In this document: positions 17,202-26,000 of the stretch, one piece after another
Position numbering within the stretch: the stretch's first letter is position 1
Layout: each line of letters begins with the position of its first letter
Source of the DNA: Candidatus Peregrinibacteria bacterium
GTDB taxonomy: Bacteria; Patescibacteriota; Gracilibacteria; Peribacterales; Peribacteraceae
Length of the DNA: 40,649 nucleotides
Assembly: GCA_016201685.1 (NCBI GenBank)
Contig: JACQCJ010000008.1
Location: 1-40,649, forward strand
Direction: 5' to 3'
Notes under the pieces: model-generated
Database searches by the model: none
Told to the model about the DNA's origin: nothing
The model's input: only the letters and a program-made list of their open reading frames with translations
Position numbers and translations under genes: made by a program

Positions 17202-19643
17202 GTGATCACACGCGCCTCGCTCCACCGGTCGGAAGTGCAGAAGAAGCGTTCACTCGTCCGACGCATGACGGTTCTGCATGGCATGTTTCTGATCATCGTG
17301 CTCGTGATCATCTCGCGGCTGATGGAGCTGCAGATTCTCAAGGGCGCTGAGACCAGGGAGAAGAACATCTTCGCCACGAACACGACCCTCGATCTCCTCT
17401 ACGTCGATCCGCTCATCACCGACGATCCCGACAGCGTTGCGAACAAACTTGCAGATCTCCTCCTCACTCCGGAATTTCATGCCGCTTGTTCCCACGGAAC
17501 AGAGATCTGCCCGAAGGAGCTCATTCCCCTCTACGCGGTGGCGTTCGATCCTCTCCTCCAACAGAGGCTCCTTTCCTCCGGGGCTCTTCTGGAGCCGCTC
17601 CCGCCGGGAGCCCTCCCCGCTCCCCTCCTCCATCTCCCCAATCTCCTGGAGGCGCGTCGGGACTTCTCGGCGTTCATCCGGCGTCGGGTGTCGGAGAAGC
17701 GCGTGACGTTCGTGCCCCTCAAGTACGGCGCCACCAAGGTCCAGATGACCGCCGCTTCCGCCATGAGCATCCCCGGCATCACCGTCGATCGCCATCAGAA
17801 TCTCATCTATGCAAACCCCGAACAGGTTCCGCAGTCGTTCGTCTCCACGTTCGCGCGAGCGCTCGCGGGGAGACTGCAGATCGATGGCGCAACGATCGCG
17901 GACGCGCTGCAATCGCGGCCGCTGCGCTACGCCCCCATCATGCGCAAGCTCCCCCCGTCGCTCTCGCTGCGGATCAAAGAGGAGCAGCTCGCGGAGCTCC
18001 AGAATGCGCTCGCGAACATCGATCCCAAGAAGCGCGGTGAGACCCAGGATCTCCATTATCCCCTGCGCAGTGTGGCGCTCCTGCCGGAGCACTGGCGGTT
18101 CTACCCCGATACCACCATCGCTTCGCACGTGGTTGGCTTCGTGAACACGAGCCAGGAGCCGCAGTACGGCATCGAGCGCACCTTCAATCCGCAGCTTCGC
18201 GGCCAGGAAGGCGTCATCAGCACTGTCAACGATCCCCAAGGGGGCCAGATCCTCACAGCCGCGCAGACGATCGTCGATCCCAAGGACGGCGATACCGTGG
18301 TCCTCACGCTCGACCGAGCCGTCCAGAAGGAACTCGAGACGCTCATGCAGGATGCCGTCATCAAATACAAGGCCGACAGCGGGCAGGCGATCGTGATGGA
18401 TCCCTTCACGGGCCGCATCCTCGCGATGGTCAACGCTCCCCTCTTCGACAGCAACAACTACGCCGACGTGTACCAGAAGGAAGTGATTCGTTTCGATTCC
18501 GCAACCCAGAAGAAGCTCGTGGTCGAAGTCTACAACCCCGAGAGGAATGCTCGCGTGGTGAAGGCGTACAAAGATGAAGTCTTCACCGAATCGGGGCGCA
18601 CGCTGCTCAGTCTCAAGACGCGCAAGCAGATTGAGGATCTGGAGCAACTCTATGATGTGCGTGACCTCACCCGCTACTACAACTACATCGGAGACAACAT
18701 TCGCCGCGAAGTGTTCCCGACTGATGATCCCGGCGTTTGGCTCAAATTCAAGAACGACATCGGAGTGGGCGCGTACCTGAACCGCACTGTGCAGGAGATC
18801 TACGAGCCGGGGAGCGTCATGAAGGCCGTGACGATGGGTATCGCCCTCGATCAGGGCGAGGTGACGCCGGATTCCACCTACGACGACACCGGGCCGGTGC
18901 AGGTGGATGAGTACACGATCAAGAACGCGCTGCTCACGTACTATGGCCACGTCACCATGACGAACTGTCTGGAACTCTCCATCAACACCTGCCTCACGAG
19001 TGTCGGCTTCAAGCTTGGACCCAAGCTCCTCCATGACGAAATGGTGCGGTTCGGGTTCGGAAGCATCACTGGTATTCAGCTTGAAGACGAGCTTCCCGGC
19101 GAGATCCGTCCGTGGCGCGAATGGTCGCGGTCTCTCCTCGCCACCACGGCCTTCGGACAGGGCATCTCCGTCACGCCGCTCCAGATGGTCACGGCGTGGG
19201 CGGCGCTCGCCAACGGTGGCAAGCTGATGAAGCCCACGATCATCGACAGCATCGAGCACGCCGATGGCACGGTGGAGAAGACTCAGCCAAAAGTCATCGA
19301 TCAGGTGATCTCGCCGCAGGCATCCGAGACCATCACCGCAATGCTCGTGAGTTCCGCGGACAGAGGGTTCGCCAAATCCGGCAAAGTCCCCGGCTACACG
19401 ATCGCCGCGAAAACCGGTACGAGCCAGATCGCCGGTCCGGGAGGAAAATACGAAGAAGGCTCGGGCACGACGATCGCGACGTACGCCGGCTACGCTCCGG
19501 CATCCCACCCCAAATTCCTCATCCTCATCAAGATCGACCGTCCCAAGAATACCGTCTTCGGCGTCGTGGCCGCGGCGCCGGTCTTCAAACAAATGGCGAA
19601 ATTCCTTTTTGAGTATTATGGGATACCGCCGGATGAGAAGTGA
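17202..19643 (+). CDS. Class B penicillin-binding protein (PBP2/FtsI-type transpeptidase)
   Basis: TM anchor (MTVLHGMFLIIVLVIISRL), a dimerisation-domain pattern (RFYPDTTIASHVVGFV..YGIERTFNPQLRGQEG), SxxK (SVMK), SxN (SINT) and KTG (KTGTS). The start is uncertain: GTG 17202 or ATG 17265. The N-terminal module is unusually long. Confidence 0.88.
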   Translation: MITRASLHRSEVQKKRSLVRRMTVLHGMFLIIVLVIISRLMELQILKGAETREKNIFATNTTLDLLYVDPLITDDPDSVANKLADLLLTPEFHAACSHGTEICPKELIPLYAVAFDPLLQQRLLSSGALLEPLPPGALPAPLLHLPNLLEARRDFSAFIRRRVSEKRVTFVPLKYGATKVQMTAASAMSIPGITVDRHQNLIYANPEQVPQSFVSTFARALAGRLQIDGATIADALQSRPLRYAPIMRKLPPSLSLRIKEEQLAELQNALANIDPKKRGETQDLHYPLRSVALLPEHWRFYPDTTIASHVVGFVNTSQEPQYGIERTFNPQLRGQEGVISTVNDPQGGQILTAAQTIVDPKDGDTVVLTLDRAVQKELETLMQDAVIKYKADSGQAIVMDPFTGRILAMVNAPLFDSNNYADVYQKEVIRFDSATQKKLVVEVYNPERNARVVKAYKDEVFTESGRTLLSLKTRKQIEDLEQLYDVRDLTRYYNYIGDNIRREVFPTDDPGVWLKFKNDIGVGAYLNRTVQEIYEPGSVMKAVTMGIALDQGEVTPDSTYDDTGPVQVDEYTIKNALLTYYGHVTMTNCLELSINTCLTSVGFKLGPKLLHDEMVRFGFGSITGIQLEDELPGEIRPWREWSRSLLATTAFGQGISVTPLQMVTAWAALANGGKLMKPTIIDSIEHADGTVEKTQPKVIDQVISPQASETITAMLVSSADRGFAKSGKVPGYTIAAKTGTSQIAGPGGKYEEGSGTTIATYAGYAPASHPKFLILIKIDRPKNTVFGVVAAAPVFKQMAKFLFEYYGIPPDEK

Positions 19644-19657
19644 GGAATGGCACATTT

Positions 19658-19775
19658 CCTCTCCCCCCAACCCCCTCTCCGATGGAGAGGGGGAGCAATG
19701 TTCCAATGTTCCATTCCTCCCCTCCTCCACCGGAGGAGGGGCAGGGGGTGGAGGAAAACACAAACAACAAACAAG
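19658..19775 (+). repeat. GC-rich double-hairpin palindromic element, copy B (intergenic, between the convergent PBP gene and glmS)
   Basis: Sequence: cctctccccccaaccccctctccGATggagagggggagcaatgttccaatg...cccctcctccACCggaggaggggcagggggtggagg, followed by the tail aaaacacaaacaacaaacaag. It is colinear with copy A. Confidence 0.8.
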
Positions 19776-19786
19776 ACCCTTTTCTC

Positions 19787-19886
19787 GCTCAGGATGACAA
19801 TGTTCTTATTTCACAGTGACCGACTTCGCCATCCTTCGACAAGCTCAGGATGACGATGCCATCATTTCACAGTGACTGATTTCGCG
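19787..19886. repeat. Two 44-bp direct repeats at a 56-bp period: the glmS 3' end and a diverged duplicate
   Basis: R2 (19843-19886) contains the last glmS codons AKSVTVK plus TGA. R1 (19787-19830) is about 36/44 identical and on the minus strand also reads AKSVTVK plus TAA. Confidence 0.7.
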
Positions 19887-21718
19887 AGGTTGCGTGGCAT
19901 ATCAGGGTCCTTCCCTCGCTTCACCGCCAAAAAGTACGCGAGCACTTGGATGGGGATGATGTTCACGATCGCCTGGGCGGCCCCGGCGTCGGGGGCTTTG
20001 ATCCATTCATCGAAGAGGTCGTGACGCTCGGGTGACACACCGATGATCGCAGCACCCCGCGCCTTGAGTTCCATCGCGTTGTTCAACATGTCCTGCGTCA
20101 CTTCGTCATTGCCGATGAGGGCGATGCACGGCGTTCCCTGCTCGATCAACGCGATCGGGCCGTGCTTGAGCTCTCCTCCCGCGAATCCCTCCGCGTGCAC
20201 GTAGCTCACTTCCTGGATCTTGATCGCGCTCTCGAGGGCCATCGGGTAGTTCCAGCTCTTGCCAATGATGTAGAGGTCTTCCTCATCCTTGATGTGCTCG
20301 GCCAGATCTCGGAGTCGCTCGACGTAGCGCGGGTTCAACATGTCGTTGATCTTCGCGCAGGTTTCGAGGAGCAGCGTCCTGCCCTCCCGGAGTTTGTCCG
20401 CAAGCGCGTACGCGATGAGGAGGAGCACGGCGAGTTGCCCCGTCAACGCTTTCGTCGAGGCCACCGCGCGCTCCGGTCCGGCATTGATGAGGAGCATCGC
20501 ATCCGCCTCCCGCGCGATCGTCGATCCCTCCACGTTCACTATCGCGAGCACCTTGGATCCCTTCGCCTTCGCCACGCGCATCGCCTCGAGCACGTCCGCC
20601 GTCTCCCCGCTCTGGCTCACGACGATGAGGAGGCTCTCGGGTTTGAGGAAGTGATGGTAGAGCTTGAACTCGCTCGCCGGCGCGAAGTTCACGTGCTTCT
20701 CCGCGATCACGGAGAAGAAGTACTCCGCCGCCATGCACGCCTTGCCAGCCGTGCCGCATCCCACGAGGAACGTCCCTTTTGCCTCCCGGATCGCTTTCGC
20801 GACTTTGAGAATCTGCTCTTCGGACTGATTCACGGCCCGCGCGATGCTCTCCTTCTGATCCATGATTTCTTTGAGCATGTAGTGCTCGAAATCCCCCTTG
20901 TGCGCCTGTTCGATGGACCACGTGATCTCGATCTCCCGCTTTGGGCGTTCGTCTCCCGTCTGGATGTCCGAGAAGAAGATGCCCTTGCCGTCGGTGACGA
21001 CCATCTCGCCGTCGTCGAGGTACTGGACGGTGCGCGTGTGCGAAAGGAAGGCGGGAATGTCGGAGGCGATAAAGTACCCATTGACCTCCATCCTCCGGCT
21101 CCTTCCTCCACGGGAGGAAGGAGAGGTCTCCCCTCCTCCTCCGGAGGAGGGGTTGGGGGTGGAGGAATGTTCCACTCCGACAATCAACGGCGATCCTGTT
21201 CTCGCTGCAACCAACGTATTCGACTCCGTATGGAGTGCGAGAATGGCGTAGCGGCCCTTGAAGCGCAGGCACGCAGCGCGCACCGCCGCGGCAAAGTCCT
21301 TGGTCCGGCGGTACTCCTCTTCGATCAAATGCGGAATGACCTCGGTGTCGGTCTGCGAAAGGAACGTGTGTCCTTTCTTCTGGAGATCCTTGCGAATGGC
21401 CTCGTAATTTTCCACGATGCCATTGTGGATCACGGCGATCGTCCCGTCGCAGCTCAGGTGCGGGTGCGCGTTGATCTGCGTCACGCCCCCGTGCGTGGCC
21501 CAGCGCGTGTGCGCGATGGCGAAGCCGCAGTCATGATCGAATTCGCTGCTGTCCACATTCCCGATCCGGCCGATGTCCTTCTTCACGTGCAATGCCCCGC
21601 CGTCCTTGCAGGCCACTCCCCACGAATCGTACCCGCGGTACTCGAGGTTCTTGAGACCTTCGACCACGAGCGTCCCCGCATTCCTCCGGTCTCCCACATA
21701 CCCAAAGATACCGCACAT
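19862..21718 (-). CDS. glmS: Glutamine--fructose-6-phosphate aminotransferase (isomerising)
   Basis: N-terminal MCGIFGYVG (Cys nucleophile), two SIS domains and a C-terminal NLAKSVTVK. It carries a ~29-aa in-frame insert in the glutaminase domain. Confidence 0.95.
   Translation of the reverse strand: MCGIFGYVGDRRNAGTLVVEGLKNLEYRGYDSWGVACKDGGALHVKKDIGRIGNVDSSEFDHDCGFAIAHTRWATHGGVTQINAHPHLSCDGTIAVIHNGIVENYEAIRKDLQKKGHTFLSQTDTEVIPHLIEEEYRRTKDFAAAVRAACLRFKGRYAILALHTESNTLVAARTGSPLIVGVEHSSTPNPSSGGGGETSPSSRGGRSRRMEVNGYFIASDIPAFLSHTRTVQYLDDGEMVVTDGKGIFFSDIQTGDERPKREIEITWSIEQAHKGDFEHYMLKEIMDQKESIARAVNQSEEQILKVAKAIREAKGTFLVGCGTAGKACMAAEYFFSVIAEKHVNFAPASEFKLYHHFLKPESLLIVVSQSGETADVLEAMRVAKAKGSKVLAIVNVEGSTIAREADAMLLINAGPERAVASTKALTGQLAVLLLIAYALADKLREGRTLLLETCAKINDMLNPRYVERLRDLAEHIKDEEDLYIIGKSWNYPMALESAIKIQEVSYVHAEGFAGGELKHGPIALIEQGTPCIALIGNDEVTQDMLNNAMELKARGAAIIGVSPERHDLFDEWIKAPDAGAAQAIVNIIPIQVLAYFLAVKRGKDPDMPRNLAKSVTVK
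21083..21169 (-). repeat. GC-rich double-hairpin palindromic element, copy C (in frame inside glmS)
   Basis: On the coding strand: cctccacccccaacccctcctccggaggaggagg ... ctccttcctccCGTggaggaaggag. It encodes HSSTPNPSSGGGGETSPSSRGGRSRRMEV at the position where E. coli GlmS (from memory) has only GLGMGENFIASD. Confidence 0.7.
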
Positions 21719-21772
21719 AGGAGCGGATTGTAGAGGAGGAGTGTGGTTGAGGGAAGAGGGAAATCAATGAAA

Positions 21773-21845
21773 AATTGCGAGTTGCAAGTGGCGAATTGCG
21801 AATTCTGGTTATTGCTTCGCAACTCGCAATTCGCCCTTCGCAATT
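21773..21845. repeat. Word-repeat hairpin H1 (AATTGCGA words) in the divergent glmS / ORF-21934 promoter region
   Basis: ggcgaattgcga (21790-21801) pairs perfectly with tcgcaattcgcc (21824-21835). aattgcga (21773-21780) pairs perfectly with tcgcaatt (21838-21845). An extended -10-like TGCTATACT follows at 21878-21886. Confidence 0.7.
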
Positions 21846-21933
21846 GGTCAGGGAGCCTTTCGTTAAAGCTCAAATTCTGCTATACTTTCCTGATTCATGG
21901 ACTTTCCCCGAATTCGGAGTACCATCCGTTCCA

Positions 21934-22407
21934 ATGCGTACCGCCACACGCTCCGCAGCAAAGAAGAAATTCCCTTCCTCCTCTGTTATGCCGCATGTGA
22001 TGTTCCTGACGAAGGATGAGCAGAAGCTCTTCTCGAAACTCCCTTCTTCTTTGCAGGAGGGGTGGGAGGTAAAGGAGGAGATGCTGACGTTTGATGATTC
22101 GGACGAACGCCGACGCATGAGGATTGCCGTGATGCATCTGCATGATCCCAAATTACTCTCATTCCAAGAGAAAGCAGGAACAATCACAAATGCTGAGGAG
22201 TTGTTCAAACTCGCTGGAAAAATCGACCTGACGAAAGTGCAGGAAAGCGACTTGGCGGAGATCTACTTCGCCCTCGGCCCCTCAGGCATTTCCATGTTTG
22301 TCATTCCTCTTCTCGAGGAAGCACAGTCCGATGACAAAGTAGAATCTGTCGCTGCCCTCACACATGTTCGGCACGCTCTCCTGGAATCCATGCAGCCCGT
22401 TTCCTAA
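21934..22407 (+). CDS. Hypothetical protein (~157 aa)
   Basis: ORF with coding-like composition. It is the first gene of a tightly spaced same-strand trio. The start is uncertain (ATG 21934 or 21988). No family recognised. Confidence 0.55.
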   Translation: MRTATRSAAKKKFPSSSVMPHVMFLTKDEQKLFSKLPSSLQEGWEVKEEMLTFDDSDERRRMRIAVMHLHDPKLLSFQEKAGTITNAEELFKLAGKIDLTKVQESDLAEIYFALGPSGISMFVIPLLEEAQSDDKVESVAALTHVRHALLESMQPVS

Positions 22408-22414
22408 TTTTCGT

Positions 22415-22996
22415 ATGGCAACTGAACAAGAGGAAATCCCTCGCCCAGATCGATCGGCTTCCCCAGAGAAAATCCTTGCCCCCAAGGATATCGCCCGCAT
22501 CCTCGGCCGTCCAGTGGCGGAAGTGGAGAGCGATCTCAAGAGTAAGGATGACCGGGATGTGCTCATCTCCAAGCTTGAGAATCAGCAAGAAGTGAAGGAG
22601 ATGTTCGGGAAGAACGTCCCGAAGTTGCGTGAACAAGTGAATCTCCTCGGCGAAACCCTGAACCAGAAGAAGGGATTCTTCGGAAAGCTGAAAGAGATGG
22701 GCGGCTGGGTATGGGAAAAGACGAAGGCGGTGTTGGGTAATAAGTGGGTGCAGCTTGGCATCTTAGCTGTGCTCGTATACCTGGGTTATCGCAATTGGGA
22801 CAAGATCATGAGTATAGCGAAGGAAGTAACAGGCAAGGTCTTTGCCTCTGCAAAAGAGGTTGGGATGGGGGCTCCATCAACGACTGCCGCTCCCATCACA
22901 GAAACTCTTCGGAACACGGCAGGATCTGCTGGTGTCGGTCCTATGAGTGGCGGAACGGTTGCGGAGAAAGCAGGAAAAGCGTTCTATCCGAATTGA
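22415..22996 (+). CDS. Hypothetical single-pass membrane protein (193 aa)
   Basis: ATG at 22415, 7 nt after the previous stop. One predicted TM helix (WVQLGILAVLVYLGY) and charged, coiled-coil-like flanks. Confidence 0.6.
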   Translation: MATEQEEIPRPDRSASPEKILAPKDIARILGRPVAEVESDLKSKDDRDVLISKLENQQEVKEMFGKNVPKLREQVNLLGETLNQKKGFFGKLKEMGGWVWEKTKAVLGNKWVQLGILAVLVYLGYRNWDKIMSIAKEVTGKVFASAKEVGMGAPSTTAAPITETLRNTAGSAGVGPMSGGTVAEKAGKAFYPN

Positions 22997-23035
22997 GAAG
23001 TTTCTTAAAAATACACATTCTATACCAATTCCCGT

Positions 23036-26000
23036 ATGCCGTTGGATCAGCTGAAAGAAAGTGCAGAGAACGATTCGCCGAAAGAATTGGCGCGACTTGC
23101 TGATGAAGTGCTGCGATTGTCCGGATATGTTGAAGGTCCCTTGAATTCTGGAAAGAACCGGCTGCCGCTCATCGCAACGCCGGAATGGAAAGTGTGGGCT
23201 GAGGAATCGCCGCGACCAATTAATGGCACAGAACTCTTTCAAAAAGCAGATCCTTTGGAAAAACTTGTTCTCTCTCCGAATGCTACAAGTTTCGCCAATG
23301 TAGTTCAGTATGCATTCTTGCAGTTTGTTGGCGACTCAACGCAGCTTGAGCAGAAGTCCCGAGATGTAGAACTCTTGAAAGACGTCAATCTCAAGAAGAT
23401 TCTGTGGGTTTTCGAAGAAGGAATGCTCTTTGACTTCGTCAGCACGGTCAAAAAGTATGCGGAATACTGCGAGACCCACCAATCGACTCTTGGCGAAGCG
23501 CGAAATAAAGGTTGGGAAAGGGAAGTGAAGAGTATTTTGACAAACTTAAAAGCAGTGCTTCCAAAGATTGCCATTGCCTTGCAAATCAATTATGTCGAAC
23601 AGACCGCAGGTCTCGCTCAGAAACAGAATGACCCGAACCGCGCTGCGAAGATGAAACAAAATTCGGGTGATCTTCGCAAAGAACTACTCAAAATCACAGG
23701 CAAGGAAACGGTGAAACTCAAGGTCGATGGCAAAGAAGAAGATATTTCCATCAGCCAAGACATTTCACCCGAGCAACTCGAAAAAGCCCTTTGGGAATGG
23801 GATCGACAATTGCGCGATACACTCGGAACGCATGTACCGTACGAAGTGAAAGCGGATTACTTCGGCAAGAGAATGGAGAAACTATTCCAAGAGATTGCGA
23901 AATACACCAATACGGAACAATTTATCTTCGGGAAAGAGAATCCGCAGATGCGACAAACGCGCATCGCACACGCGATGTACGGAACGATGGTCATGAAACA
24001 TTTGCATGAGGTGACTGATCAGATCTTTCCAACGGAGAAGGATGGCAAGAGGGTCCCCGTTTCCGTCGAGCGCATTGATGAATTATCCCGCACGCTGGAA
24101 AAAATGGACGGGGCATGGCAGGAGTACGCTCCCGCAATTGTTGGATTTCAGCTCGATACGACGTCAATGCTCTATCTGATGGGACAAATGGGTCCGTATG
24201 TCAGACAAGCTGTTGAGGATTTGACCCCCGACGAAAAGGAATTTTATCGCAAGCACATGCTCCCGAAGGAAATCGTTGGTGAACTAGAAAAAAAACAACC
24301 CGAACTGAATATTGCACATCTCATTCAATATACATCTCTTCTTCAGAAGGACCTGACAGCGAAAGTTGGTCAGGCTCAAGCCTTGGATACGCTTGTCACG
24401 GGCATGGAAGAATCCATCCTCAATACGATCATTCAAGGTCTCAACGACGTAAAAATCACGGCAATAGATGTGACATGGTGGTTACCAGGTAAAGCTCTTG
24501 ATCTTGTGAACCTCTCGCGATTGAAACCTGAGGATGTTCGCAGAGTGCAGCAGATTGCGGCGTTGTACAGCAGGCTCACAGCGATGAAAGAGCGCGTTGT
24601 GCGGGGCCGCGAGAAGATTCGAAATACGAAGAAAGCTCTCCAAGAGGCGGCAAAGCTTTCCCAAGAAACGCTCCAGAAAATGGAGAAGAAACTCGCGTCG
24701 GAGGGCCAGAGACAAGTGACGCAAGCAGATCTGCAGGATGTTCGTCTGATGAACCAACGTGTGATGGCAGCAACCAATTATCTCGTGGATATGAATGCCG
24801 ATTTGACGACCATGATGATCTTCAATGCCTTGGGCTCCAGTGGATACGCGAATAAGCACGATCTCAGTGTGTGGACTGCTATCGAAATTGCACCATTCTA
24901 CGATTGGCTATTAATGGGAGGTTGGGGTGGGCGCGCGGTGACAGAGACTCCTGGTGCATTACTTCGCGGCACCGCGCGCCTTGTCGGAGCCGTCGGTGGA
25001 AAAATTCCCGGCTCCAAACTTGCGGCAAAACTTATCGGAAAGATTCCAGGTGCTACCAAGTTTGGCAATGCTCTTAATTCGGTGACATATGGCCCTGGCT
25101 ACATCGGGCGCGCATATCAGTATACAAGTCCTTCCCATTTCGTGGGACGAGTGGTAAACGAGAGACGGCAATTAGCGAATAGCGCCAATTCAGCGGCTGC
25201 ACGTTCTTTGCATGAATTATCATTAGATAAAGCTGGACGTATTGGCCTTTCAGAGCGTGCAATGGCGCTGGAATCTTCACTGAAATTCGATCCATCGAAG
25301 CTCACTGCCGAAGCGAAGAGTGCAATCGGTGATGCTATTTGGAATGCTCATGATATCGAGATGACTGGTCCGAAATGGACGTACAAGGAGTTGCGGGCAA
25401 AGATCGATATACTCAAAGGAGCAGGGCTTTCGAAGGATCAGGCATTTTTCCTCGTGAAAAATGGTTTCTGTGGCGATTTCACGGTCGAGGAAATTGCTGC
25501 GATGTTGCAGAAGAACGTTGGTCCTCAGGCCGCAGAGGAGTTCCTTGTATCGGCTCAAAAATTATTGATGAGTGCAGAGACAGCGAACATTATGGCCAAG
25601 CTCTCCATCGGTGCCGCTGCCATTGGAGAGGGCATCGCATTGCGATCGAGCCTCAATGATCTGGCCGACCAAATGAATCGCATCACCAAAGTAAAAGAAC
25701 AGATGCATCAGACACTGATCGGCTTGGGTTTCATCTACGATGCAAAAACCGAGACATATATGAATGAAGAGGCGGGCGTGAAGGTCTCACTCCAGCAGCT
25801 ACAGAAACCACTCGACGTCACAACCCAGCCGGATCTTCTCCGCAGCATCGGTCATGGCGCCAACCTCACGGCAATTCTTGGTGGAGGAGCTGCGCTGTAC
25901 TTGGGTGCGGAGATCGCGTTGGGGCCTGCGGGAATTGCGATTGCCGCCGTCGGGGTGACGGTCGAAGTCGTCGCGTCCGCCATTCGGAATCGTCAACACA

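Noticed and set aside
17250-19763. An 837-aa ORF on the minus strand, opposite the PBP gene.
   Set aside because: It is an antisense shadow ORF of a GC-rich, clearly conserved gene. Its translation is low-complexity (Arg/Gly/Asp/Glu/His-rich) with no recognisable motif, while the plus strand carries the SxxK/SxN/KTG motifs.
21083-21169. An intein or self-splicing element in glmS.
   Set aside because: The insert is only ~29 aa. It lacks the intein N- and C-terminal splicing motifs and is made of the palindromic repeat sequence.
20162-21733. A 523-aa ORF on the plus strand, opposite glmS.
   Set aside because: Shadow ORF. glmS on the minus strand is unambiguous, and the plus-strand product is Arg/His/Leu-rich with no motifs.
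21719-21933. A glmS ribozyme upstream of glmS.
   Set aside because: I could not find the conserved ribozyme core or pseudoknot sequences on the minus strand. The region instead holds a DNA-style AATTGCGA palindrome. A covariance-model scan would be the decisive test.
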